Virus record (IMG/VR): IMGVR_UViG_3300021400_004415
Source of the DNA: an uncultured virus (IMG/VR IMGVR_UViG_3300021400_004415)
Taxonomy: Duplodnaviria; Heunggongvirae; Uroviricota; Caudoviricetes
Reading direction: 5' to 3' (one strand)
Length of the DNA: 64,000 nt
Notes under the pieces: model-generated
Databases searched by the model: none
The model's input: only the letters and a program-made list of their open reading frames with translations
What the model was told of the DNA's origin: nothing
Shown: piece after piece, positions 55,969 to 64,000 of the stretch
How positions within the stretch are numbered: position 1 is the first letter of the stretch
Layout: each line of letters opens with the position of its first letter
Translations under genes and position numbers: made by a program

Positions 55969-58900
55969 ATTCTTCCTCCTTTCGCTGGTATTCCGCGTCA
56001 AGCTCGATGAAGTGATTCTTCGTACCGCCGTTGGGGTTGTCTTCCGTCCAGGTGTTATAGGAGTAGTCTACGCCCCAATGGGTGTGGTGCTGACCGCAGA
56101 ATATCATCCTGATATGGGCTTGCTCTGCGAAGTAGGTTAGGGCCTTGAGGTTATGCGTCGAGATATCGTTCATCTCGTCGATAGGGATGGGTAGGTAGAC
56201 GTTCTTATTACCACCGGCATTGGCTACGAGATGCATCAGCGTCATGTTAATCATGGCCTTACAGAGGATGGCCGTAGACCTTGAACCGACGTTATTGAAT
56301 CGCATCATGTTACGGTGCACGTTGCCGTTCTCCGTAACGGACAGCTTCACGTCGAACATCTCTTCCAGGGGGATGGATTCCTGATGGTAGGACTCCAGTA
56401 GGTTATGCAGCCGTTCAAGGTAATCCAACGCCTGCTTGTTGACGTTCTCTGCATCTGAACTGATGAAGAGGTTCTCGTTGCCGATGATAGAGCCGTTGGT
56501 CTTCCAGAAATCTGTCATTTCCCGGAAGAGGATCATGATATCCACGGTCGCTTGTTCGTCGATGGATATCTCTATATTCTGGCAGACGTCAGTGTTGTTG
56601 TATTTCTTAAGGAAGGCGTTGGCTTTCCTGCAGCAGGTCATCAGCAGGGAGATATTCTCTTCCACAGGCACCATATCCTGCATCACACCGGCGAACTCGC
56701 CGAGCCAGACCTTCTCGTTGGTGCGGATATGGTTCTCAAGGACGGTCTCTCCGGACGAGGTCTCCTGCAGGAGGTCCCTGAGCCTATCGCTGACGGCGAT
56801 GAAGTCATCGAGGGATGACAGGCTGTCCCCGTAGCCTATACCAAGGGCGAAGGTATCGACGCCCTGGTGGAGCATGCCTTCAGCATATAGTCCCCTCACG
56901 AGGCCGGGGATGGCCTTCTCCAGCTCTTCTATGCGGCGGCTGGCGAGGTTGTAGTCGTTGATGATATTCGAGATTGAGGAATCGGTCGTTATCGCCTTCA
57001 CCTCTTCTATGGCAGTAGCGATAGAAGGGTGACTCTTGATAAAGCCGTTTCCGGCACCAATCTCAGTCTGCAGCTCACTTATAGTGCTGTCAATAGTCTT
57101 TATCTTGGAGTTGATATCTTCAACGGAATGGTTTTTCTCCTGACTGAGCTTGGCACGTTCACCGGAGTTAGTAGAGATGGTCTTGTTGATTTGAGAGATG
57201 GCCGTCTTGGTATCGCCTTCTTTGGAGAGGTAATCCTCATAATCGGAAATGATTTTAGGATAGTTATCCAGCTCTTCAAGGACGTGCTTTGCGGATTCCA
57301 GTTCTTCGTTGATTTCAGCGATAAGCTGCTCAGTGTTCTTATCATTGCCACGGAGCTTCCTATAGTAGGCTTTCGTCTCTTCAATCTTCTGCTCCAGCTC
57401 ACTCTTAAGGTCTATAACTTTCTTGTTACGGTTCTTATTGACCTCTTTTATCTGGTTGTCGAGCTTTTCCGTCCGGGTCCGTTCTTCCTCTTCGAGGGTT
57501 TTAATCTCTTCATGCTTACGCTTCTCAAGGAACGCTTTACGGTCGCGTTTTGCCGTGTAATCGGCAATGGCGGCCTTCTCTCTTTCGGAAAGCTGTTTAT
57601 CCGGCAGTCCGGAGGGAATCCTTTCAGACCTTACCTTGGTGATAACGCCGATAAGCGTCTCACCAAAAGTGTCGCCGGACTTGGAGGAGAGCAGACCGTC
57701 AGAGACGTCTGTGAGCGTCCCGGCGGCGGTGTTCTCCCGAACGGAGCCTATGACAAGGTCAAAGGTGTCATCAAGGAGCCCCTCTTCCTCGAAGAGCTTT
57801 TCATAGCGCAGTTCCACTTCTTCCTTCTTTCCTTTGTAGGTGCTGTTAAGCTGCGCAATTTCCTTGTTAATCTCCTGGACCTTGTTGTTACGTTCATTGT
57901 CAATGAGTGTCTGCTGTTTGCGGTAGGAGTTGCGGATATCCTCAATGGCACGGTTTTCCTCACTGGCCTCGAATTCGTCAAGCTGCTTTTCAAGGCGGGT
58001 TTTGTCCGCTTCCCAGATCGAACGGTTGCAGGCCCACTTGTATACGTTATCGATGTTGTCGCATTCAGCGTAGGTCTTCTTCCTTGCGTTAATGTTATTC
58101 ATTCTTTCCTGGATAGCACCCTGTTCTATGCGGAGCTTGTCAAGCTTGGCTTCGTATTCCTTATCCTTGAGCTCCCAGGCTTTGGTGATTTTAGTGCTGT
58201 TCTCTTCGAGCCCGGTCTTCTCCTCTGTTAGGTCGTTGACCTTTTTGTTGGCAGCGTTCATGGCGTAGGATATGAGGCCAGGGATGGATTGCAGTCCCGC
58301 CTTTTCCCTGCTGAGCTGGTCAATTGGCTCAAAGACCTTCTCCGCGTAGCGTTCAAGCTGAGATTTGCCGTCTTTCCCCTTTATAGTCGCAAGCTCGATA
58401 TCATGCTTTCTCTGGATGAAGTCCGATAGGTTCTTACGGTGGGGAAGGAGGTTGATGCTCGTCTTACCGCTCTGCGTCTCGGCGACGACGGCGCTGACAA
58501 GGCTCTCCTTGAGAGCCGTCTGGGAGAGCGGCTTGTTCTTCAGTATGACGGACATCAGCGGACGGAGGGTGTCCTTCTTGGATTCCTTGGTCCCGCTTAG
58601 TTTGGAAGCCGTGGTCTGCTTCATGATGGAGTAGTCCTTCGAGTAGGCGTCATCGACGCCAAGGAGCATACGGTTAAAGGACGTACGGTTGTAGGTTGCT
58701 CTCGCAAAGCAGGAGTTGCCTTCAATGCGTTTGATGTTTTCTTCCAGCTCGGCGTATGAGATGACAGAGATGTTTTTCTCCTCGTCGGTGTACAGCCAGT
58801 CTTCTTTGAAGGTGGCATTAACGATGGAGAACGAGAGCTCCTGGTACCTGTTCTTTGACAGGATGGCGGTGTATTCCGCTCCGAAATCGTTCTCTATGAC

Positions 58901-59131
58901 GTAGAAGATGAAGGAGTTCGGCTGTTTGAAGTAGTAGTCCGCGAATATCTCCTTATCGTCCCCCAGGCCGAGAAGGTCGTTATCCACGAGATAAGGGAAG
59001 ATGAAGGCCGTCAGGAGGGTGGATTTACCTGAGCCTGATCCTCCGGCTATGTCTATATGGCCGTCATGCGTCACTTCCGCGTAAGGGAAGGCTCCGCTTT
59101 GGAAAAGAATGCTTCGTTTTATGCTTGCCAT
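55961..59131 (-). CDS. jetC: SMC-like ATPase JetC/MksB
   Basis: Walker A GGSGSGKST, 'YYFKQPNSFIFY', long coiled coils, 'NVGSRST' signature region, Walker B 'IPIDE'. Confidence 0.85.
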   Translation of the reverse strand: MASIKRSILFQSGAFPYAEVTHDGHIDIAGGSGSGKSTLLTAFIFPYLVDNDLLGLGDDKEIFADYYFKQPNSFIFYVIENDFGAEYTAILSKNRYQELSFSIVNATFKEDWLYTDEEKNISVISYAELEENIKRIEGNSCFARATYNRTSFNRMLLGVDDAYSKDYSIMKQTTASKLSGTKESKKDTLRPLMSVILKNKPLSQTALKESLVSAVVAETQSGKTSINLLPHRKNLSDFIQRKHDIELATIKGKDGKSQLERYAEKVFEPIDQLSREKAGLQSIPGLISYAMNAANKKVNDLTEEKTGLEENSTKITKAWELKDKEYEAKLDKLRIEQGAIQERMNNINARKKTYAECDNIDNVYKWACNRSIWEADKTRLEKQLDEFEASEENRAIEDIRNSYRKQQTLIDNERNNKVQEINKEIAQLNSTYKGKKEEVELRYEKLFEEEGLLDDTFDLVIGSVRENTAAGTLTDVSDGLLSSKSGDTFGETLIGVITKVRSERIPSGLPDKQLSEREKAAIADYTAKRDRKAFLEKRKHEEIKTLEEEERTRTEKLDNQIKEVNKNRNKKVIDLKSELEQKIEETKAYYRKLRGNDKNTEQLIAEINEELESAKHVLEELDNYPKIISDYEDYLSKEGDTKTAISQINKTISTNSGERAKLSQEKNHSVEDINSKIKTIDSTISELQTEIGAGNGFIKSHPSIATAIEEVKAITTDSSISNIINDYNLASRRIEELEKAIPGLVRGLYAEGMLHQGVDTFALGIGYGDSLSSLDDFIAVSDRLRDLLQETSSGETVLENHIRTNEKVWLGEFAGVMQDMVPVEENISLLMTCCRKANAFLKKYNNTDVCQNIEISIDEQATVDIMILFREMTDFWKTNGSIIGNENLFISSDAENVNKQALDYLERLHNLLESYHQESIPLEEMFDVKLSVTENGNVHRNMMRFNNVGSRSTAILCKAMINMTLMHLVANAGGNKNVYLPIPIDEMNDISTHNLKALTYFAEQAHIRMIFCGQHHTHWGVDYSYNTWTEDNPNGGTKNHFIELDAEYQRKEEEYE

Positions 59132-59142
59132 ACGGTTATTCG

Positions 59143-59880
59143 TTAATCATTATACTCTTTATTGATATCATTCTCCGGCAGGTCCGGACTGATGTCCGGA
59201 TCGAAGTAGTACGGAGGTTCGTCGTAGTACGTGAGTTCCATGTCCTCTGCGGGCTTTTCCTCTTCAAGGGTCGGTTCTCCTTCGTCCACGGGGGCGGTTT
59301 CGTTGCTAAGGTTGTATTTGGCGTACTCGCCGTAGAGCTGGGCCCTGAGGACGTATTCTTTCAGGTAACGGAAGGAAGATGTCACGATGACTGTACTCAT
59401 GTCATCGTTAGCGCAGATGAATCCTTCAGTCTGGACCTTCCTAATGAAAAACTGTACTCGTGATGATAGCGAGTCGTCCTGGGACGGCCAGAGTAGCATC
59501 TTGATGTCGTCGTTCTCGTCACAGAAGCTGAGGAAGTCATGGAACTTGAACTGTGAGCCGGGCTCCAGTGTTGGACGGAACTTGTTCAAGACGCGGAGCA
59601 TCTTGATATAGTCACCGTAGTTGTTTCTCAGGATACTTTCTATCTGGGCGCCAAGGCGGGGTTCACTGAGGAAGTAATACCCATCCCCGGCCTCCAGGGA
59701 GTAGCCAAGCTGAGCAAAGTAGGCATGGTATGCCTCGAAATGCTCCTCAATCTTAGCGTACCAGTTCTTCTCCCGGTGGTTGAAGGTCTCCTGATTGATG
59801 AAGGCATTCGACTTCAGGCGTTTCCATATATCCTTGAGATAAGGAAGGGCCGGTACTGTGTATGTGCTATTTTCTTCCAT
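59143..59880 (-). CDS. jetB: JetB/MksE-like KITE subunit
   Basis: 'YHAYFAQLGYSLEAGDGYYFLS', 'VTSSFRYL'; directly upstream of the SMC gene. Confidence 0.7.
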   Translation of the reverse strand: MEENSTYTVPALPYLKDIWKRLKSNAFINQETFNHREKNWYAKIEEHFEAYHAYFAQLGYSLEAGDGYYFLSEPRLGAQIESILRNNYGDYIKMLRVLNKFRPTLEPGSQFKFHDFLSFCDENDDIKMLLWPSQDDSLSSRVQFFIRKVQTEGFICANDDMSTVIVTSSFRYLKEYVLRAQLYGEYAKYNLSNETAPVDEGEPTLEEEKPAEDMELTYYDEPPYYFDPDISPDLPENDINKEYND

Positions 59881-61174
59881 TTGCGTCGTTCTTTTTAAGA
59901 TATACTTTACGGACGTTGTAGACGCCGTCTGTGTCTTCGTAGGTCAGGAACTCATCCTTGGATACGTTGAGCCTCCTGCGGTACTGGTTAAGGGCTTCCA
60001 GGAAAGATATCATCTTTTCTGGCATGGTTAGTTCCTTCCGGTATCCGGTGTATGCCAGTGCAAAGTCTGAGAGCGGCATTTCGCCGCCGGACTCGCGGTA
60101 TGCCTCGAACATCGTCCTTACGTCCTGCAGGAAGTAGTTGAGCGCTGACACCGGTGGCGAGTGGTGCAGCTCCTTGCGGGAGACCGGTACGGCGGTTTGT
60201 ATGGGTTGACCCGTTTCAGGGTTGATACCTGCAAGGGCCCGTGCATAACTGTCCTTGATAGGCTCCGCCGGGAAGTCCGTCACCAGGGACAGTTTAAGGT
60301 CACGTATCTTTGCTACGGGAACGGGGCTGCGCTTGAGTACCGTCTTGGCGTTACTGAAACTGAATAGTTGGCCGTTAAGGTACAGGTTGCAAATCTGCTC
60401 AATCTTACGGGCGGGCTTGTCAATCTTCTCCACTCGTCCGAGGTAATCCCTCAGGTGCCGTAGGACGATACTGCGTTTCGTGTGGAAAAATGATGCCAGG
60501 TTCCTCTCAAAGCCCATGATAGCTGGGCGGAGGAGCATGGCGTCTTGGGTGGATTCTGAGCCGAGCTGACTGAGCTGGTCCCGCAGGTACGGGAGGATAC
60601 CAACGATGTTCCCGTTCTTTGTGTTGCCGTTGACTTCATCGTCAAGGCGCTCCAGGTAAGACAGGTGGTCCTTGAGCTTCTGGACCTTGATTTCAAGGTC
60701 GGAAATGGTCATGTAGGTATCGCGGATCTCGAAGTCAAGGTTTTCCAACGTTACGCGGATATTCTTGAGCATACGCCGTAGCTCAAGGCGGATAGTGTTG
60801 GCGAAGCGAACCTTGTCATCATCAGAGGAGGTATCTTTCAGGTATCTGATGTTTTGGAAGAGGTTTTCCTTGTTACCGACGATAGTCTGCACGTTTACCT
60901 CTCCGCCTGTTCCGACAATGCGTTCAACGAAGTCTATGACTACCAGTTCAAGGCACCATTTGCCTTCATCGTAATCAATGAACCCTGCCCGCTTGAGCTC
61001 TGCCAGACGTTGCGGCGAGCCCTGGGCCCGCTTTTTCTCCGGCAGACGGTCAATGGGATTAGCAAGCCCACCGTCCTTATGATGTGCGTACAGTAAACGG
61101 ATAACCTCCGTGTTCTGTGAGAACAGCTCGAGTTTATCCTTTACGGTTACAAGTGTGGAATCGTTAATCGCCAT
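59867..61174 (-). CDS. jetA: JetA/MksF-like kleisin subunit
   Basis: N-terminal winged-helix-like region plus helical bundle; first gene of the four-gene SMC operon. Confidence 0.6.
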   Translation of the reverse strand: MAINDSTLVTVKDKLELFSQNTEVIRLLYAHHKDGGLANPIDRLPEKKRAQGSPQRLAELKRAGFIDYDEGKWCLELVVIDFVERIVGTGGEVNVQTIVGNKENLFQNIRYLKDTSSDDDKVRFANTIRLELRRMLKNIRVTLENLDFEIRDTYMTISDLEIKVQKLKDHLSYLERLDDEVNGNTKNGNIVGILPYLRDQLSQLGSESTQDAMLLRPAIMGFERNLASFFHTKRSIVLRHLRDYLGRVEKIDKPARKIEQICNLYLNGQLFSFSNAKTVLKRSPVPVAKIRDLKLSLVTDFPAEPIKDSYARALAGINPETGQPIQTAVPVSRKELHHSPPVSALNYFLQDVRTMFEAYRESGGEMPLSDFALAYTGYRKELTMPEKMISFLEALNQYRRRLNVSKDEFLTYEDTDGVYNVRKVYLKKNDANGRK

Positions 61175-61207
61175 ATATGTGTTTTATTTTATATATTTTA
61201 CATTTTA

Positions 61208-61215
61208 CAAATGTA
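61208..61215 (-). promoter_or_regulatory. Bacteroidetes -7 box for the jet-like operon
   Basis: TACATTTG on the minus strand, 33 nt upstream of the ATG at 61174. Confidence 0.55.
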
Positions 61216-61227
61216 ACAAAATTTATC

Positions 61228-61641
61228 CTACACGCCTCCAAGGTTCTTCATCTGTTCTTTAATGTAGGATATCTGGGTTACCAGATCTTTTGTAAGGTGT
61301 CGGATAGTTTCATACATGGTGTCAATCCTGTCATACAGGATGTTATAGTCTTCCATGTGGGCTTTGATTATCCTGTTGGAAGCCGTGGCGGTGAGTTTGT
61401 TGATGTCTTCCCTCTGGCTGACGAAGGCGTTCTCCGCACGGCTTCTGATGGCCTTTGCAACGACATTCATCTCTCCGAGTCGGGACATGTAAGCGTCGAG
61501 CTTACATAGTCTTTCTGTCATCGAGTTCGGGTCTTGTAGGTTGCAGGGCTCATCCATGAAAGCCTGGATGATATTTGCTTCGTCGTGAAGTGCCTGGATG
61601 GAATTGTTGTCACTCTTGAATACGTTTTGAAGGTTTTCCAT
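61228..61641 (-). CDS. Helical hypothetical protein
   Basis: TAATG overlap with the recD2 stop; coiled-coil character. Confidence 0.65.
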   Translation of the reverse strand: MENLQNVFKSDNNSIQALHDEANIIQAFMDEPCNLQDPNSMTERLCKLDAYMSRLGEMNVVAKAIRSRAENAFVSQREDINKLTATASNRIIKAHMEDYNILYDRIDTMYETIRHLTKDLVTQISYIKEQMKNLGGV

Positions 61642-63827
61642 TATGCTTCTGAGGTTTGTATTAGTAAATCAAACAGTTGTGTTTTTCTCTTTGCGGAGTC
61701 TATCTGGGATGCGGCGCATCTGACGGCCTTGGCCTGTCCGATAAGGAGGAAGTATTTCTTTGCACGGGTGATGGCCGTGTAAAGGAGGTTCCTCTTCAGG
61801 AGTATGAACTGGCTTATATGAAGCGGCATGATGACGACCGGGTACTCTGAGCCCTGGCTCTTGTGCACGGTCGTGGCGTAAGCCAGGTCCAGTTCATTGA
61901 GATCCTGTGCGTTGTAGTTGATTTTCCCGATGTCTTCGCCGTAGTCCACGGAGAGGACGGGTGGGTTGTCTTCGTCGTAGTCTTCGCTTTCAGGATCCTG
62001 GGGGAGGGGGAGCGCCACTTTCCCGATATCCCCGTTGAAAACTCCTTTGTCGTAGTTGTTTTTCATCTGCATCACGCGGTCACCGAGACGGTATTCTTTT
62101 GAAGGCAGTCGTGCAAGCACCTTTCCCTCGGGGTTGATGGCCGCCTGCAGGGCTTTATTAAGCTGTATGGTTCCGACGGGGTCCCAGTCTCGCTTCATCG
62201 GAGCAAGTACCTGGAATTCCACCCCGCGTTTATTGCAATAGACTGCCTTTGATACCACCTCTTCCGCCACGTCTTTCGCTTCATCGAGCGAGATGAAGGC
62301 GAACTCCTTGGAGTCCTTGGGTGAACGGAGGAGGGGTGTGCGTCCGTGGTTGACGTCATGGGCGGCCATGACTATCTGTGACCCTTCCGCCTGTCGGTAG
62401 ACTTTCGTGAGCGCCGCGACGCTGTTGCCGAAGAAGTGTATCATGTCGTTGAGCACGTTTCCTGCGCCGACGCTTGGCAGCTGGTCCGGATCACCAACGA
62501 AGACAAGTTTCATTCTGTCCGGAACGGCTTTCAAGAGGCTTCGCATCAGCATGGTGTCAATCATCGAGCATTCGTCCACTATGAGGACGTCACCTGTCAG
62601 GGGATTGTCTTCGTTGCGCTGGAACCCTTCGCGGTTGAACTCCAACAGGCGGTGTATTGTCTTGCAGGTTCGTCCGGATACCTCTGTGACCCTCTTGGCG
62701 GCGCGTCCTGTGGGAGCTGCCAGGAGGAGTTTATAGCCAATGCTTTCGAAGGTACGGATGATGGCGTTGGTGGTCGCCGTCTTACCCGTACCGGGACCTC
62801 CGGTGAGGATGGTGACGCTTTGGCGTAAAGCCTTCCGGATAGCGTCCGTCTGTTCGTCGGAGTAATGCATACCTGTGAGTCTGTACAGGGCTTCCGGATC
62901 CGGTTCGGCTCCGGGTATCTTGAGTCCTTTCTTGTTGACGGCGAGAAGGCGTTTGGCTATGGTCTGCTCTGCGTAGTAGTACTTTGGCAGGGCGGCGCGT
63001 CCGTCATCGGTGACTATGGCTTCCGTGACGGTCGGGTCGTTAAGGGAACGGGTGACAGTTTCTTCATCCTGGAGGTTGATATACTTATCGGACATCACCA
63101 GGTGGACGAGTTTGTCTGCCTCGAGATAGGTGTGTCCTTCGTTGGCGGCGTCCTCTAGGGCGGCGTTGATGGCGGAGCCGATGCGGAAGGGACTGTCCTC
63201 CGGCAGTCCGAGTTTCAGTGCCACTTCGTCCGCTTTCTTGAATCCCACGCCCTTGATATCGTCGGCAAGGCGGTAGGGGTTTTCCTCCAGCCTTGCGACG
63301 GAGTCGTCGCCCCAGGTCTTGTAGATTTTCGTTGCGAGGCCGTTCGTCAGGTCGTAGCGCTTGAGCCAGACCATAATGGAACGGATGGCCCTTTGGCTAC
63401 GGACGGCCTCGATGATGTTGCGGACACGTTTTTTGCCGATGTTCGGCACTTCCATTAACCTTTCCGGCTCGTTATCCAGCACGTCGAGGGTTTCTTCGCC
63501 GAAGGTGTCGACGATGGAACGGGCGAGGACGGGCCCGATTTTTTTGATGAGGCCGCTGGCGAGGTACTTGTATATGCCTTCTATGTCGCTGGGGCGTCTT
63601 TCAATCATCGAGGAGACTTCGAAGCAGGGGCCATACTTATTCTTGATAAGGGTTCCTGTGAAGTCATACTTCTTTCCCGTGCAGACGCCCGGCATGATTC
63701 CTTTCATGGAGAGCGGCGCCACGGTGCCGTCGGATTTGACGGCATCGGTCCGGATGACGCACCAGTTGTTGACCGGGTTTTTGTATGTGATTCCGAGGAT
63801 GGTGGCTGTTATAGTTCTTGTCTGCAT
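61641..63827 (-). CDS. recD2: RecD2 (SF1B) helicase
   Basis: HhH 'IKKIGPVLA', 'ENPYRL', Walker A TGGPGTGKT, 'APTGRAAK', 'VDECSM', 'GDPDQLPSVG', 'HKSQGSEY', 'YTAITRAK'. Confidence 0.95.
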   Translation of the reverse strand: MQTRTITATILGITYKNPVNNWCVIRTDAVKSDGTVAPLSMKGIMPGVCTGKKYDFTGTLIKNKYGPCFEVSSMIERRPSDIEGIYKYLASGLIKKIGPVLARSIVDTFGEETLDVLDNEPERLMEVPNIGKKRVRNIIEAVRSQRAIRSIMVWLKRYDLTNGLATKIYKTWGDDSVARLEENPYRLADDIKGVGFKKADEVALKLGLPEDSPFRIGSAINAALEDAANEGHTYLEADKLVHLVMSDKYINLQDEETVTRSLNDPTVTEAIVTDDGRAALPKYYYAEQTIAKRLLAVNKKGLKIPGAEPDPEALYRLTGMHYSDEQTDAIRKALRQSVTILTGGPGTGKTATTNAIIRTFESIGYKLLLAAPTGRAAKRVTEVSGRTCKTIHRLLEFNREGFQRNEDNPLTGDVLIVDECSMIDTMLMRSLLKAVPDRMKLVFVGDPDQLPSVGAGNVLNDMIHFFGNSVAALTKVYRQAEGSQIVMAAHDVNHGRTPLLRSPKDSKEFAFISLDEAKDVAEEVVSKAVYCNKRGVEFQVLAPMKRDWDPVGTIQLNKALQAAINPEGKVLARLPSKEYRLGDRVMQMKNNYDKGVFNGDIGKVALPLPQDPESEDYDEDNPPVLSVDYGEDIGKINYNAQDLNELDLAYATTVHKSQGSEYPVVIMPLHISQFILLKRNLLYTAITRAKKYFLLIGQAKAVRCAASQIDSAKRKTQLFDLLIQTSEA

Positions 63828-64000
63828 TAGCTGATGTTGCTGAATATTCTCTGTCGGTAGATTTTTGCGAGTTCCTTTATCTTGTTGTAGACGTCGTCTT
63901 GCATCTTGCCGGATTTCTCGTGTGCGAGGAACCATGCTATCGCGTCAACGAAGAAGTATATTGGTTCATACTCGTCGTTATTGAAGGCGTCCACCATGAC
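63827..64000 (-). CDS. C-terminal fragment of the gene upstream of recD2
   Basis: Open frame from the window end ('..KELAKIYRQRIFSNIS*'); TAA overlaps the recD2 ATG. Confidence 0.55.
   Translation of the reverse strand, partial: VMVDAFNNDEYEPIYFFVDAIAWFLAHEKSGKMQDDVYNKIKELAKIYRQRIFSNIS

Larger units (their letters stand above)
1..64000. mobile_element. Large Bacteroidales conjugative integrative element (ICE/CTn-like), extending beyond both window ends
   Basis: tra operon, Toprim primase, ArdC, DUF3945-like protein, tyrosine integrase with tRNA-derived att core, R-M, TA, RecD2; no core chromosomal genes recognised. Confidence 0.85.

Noticed and set aside
57029..58231. Long antisense ORFs (this 400-aa one; also 1288..2193, 2386..3336, 41810..42706, 47293..48255, 49677..50678)
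   Set aside because: Opposite-strand shadows of well-supported genes, with no recognisable motifs
63828..63935. N-terminal extension of RecD2 in the ORF track
   Set aside because: Overlaps the upstream gene, whose TAA couples to the ATG at 63827

Overview
The whole window looks like part of one large Bacteroidales-type conjugative integrative element: no housekeeping genes, and Bacteroidetes TAnnTTTG promoters throughout. In order: (1) a type V pilus/adhesin lipoprotein cluster with compositionally mosaic 3' ends (1-12.6 kb); (2) a highly structured GC-rich non-coding element, a type II R-M pair and an AbiE-type toxin-antitoxin (12.9-16.8 kb); (3) a long minus-strand run of small phage-like/'leading region' genes (radical SAM, SAM methyltransferase, DUF4065-like, SSB-like, YqaJ exonuclease, Rad52/Sak-like annealase), headed by a second, related structured element (16.9-28.7 kb); (4) a divergent Bacteroidetes tra operon (traE-F-G-I-J-K-L-M-N) ending in an Mfa2/FimB-like lipoprotein (28.7-39.3 kb); (5) regulators, a tyrosine integrase, an excisionase-like gene and a tRNA-Val(TAC) 3' half in attP configuration (40-43 kb); (6) eight co-oriented genes whose products all end in K/R-rich tails, several sharing a C-terminal motif and carrying degenerate ArdC, RyR or ADP-ribosylhydrolase domains, the best candidate here for an undescribed conjugation-delivered protein cargo (43.9-55.0 kb); (7) a Wadjet/MksBEFG-like operon and RecD2 (55-64 kb). 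No relaxase, coupling protein, CRISPR array, rRNA or phage structural gene was recognised. All family calls come from motif recognition by eye, not database searches.
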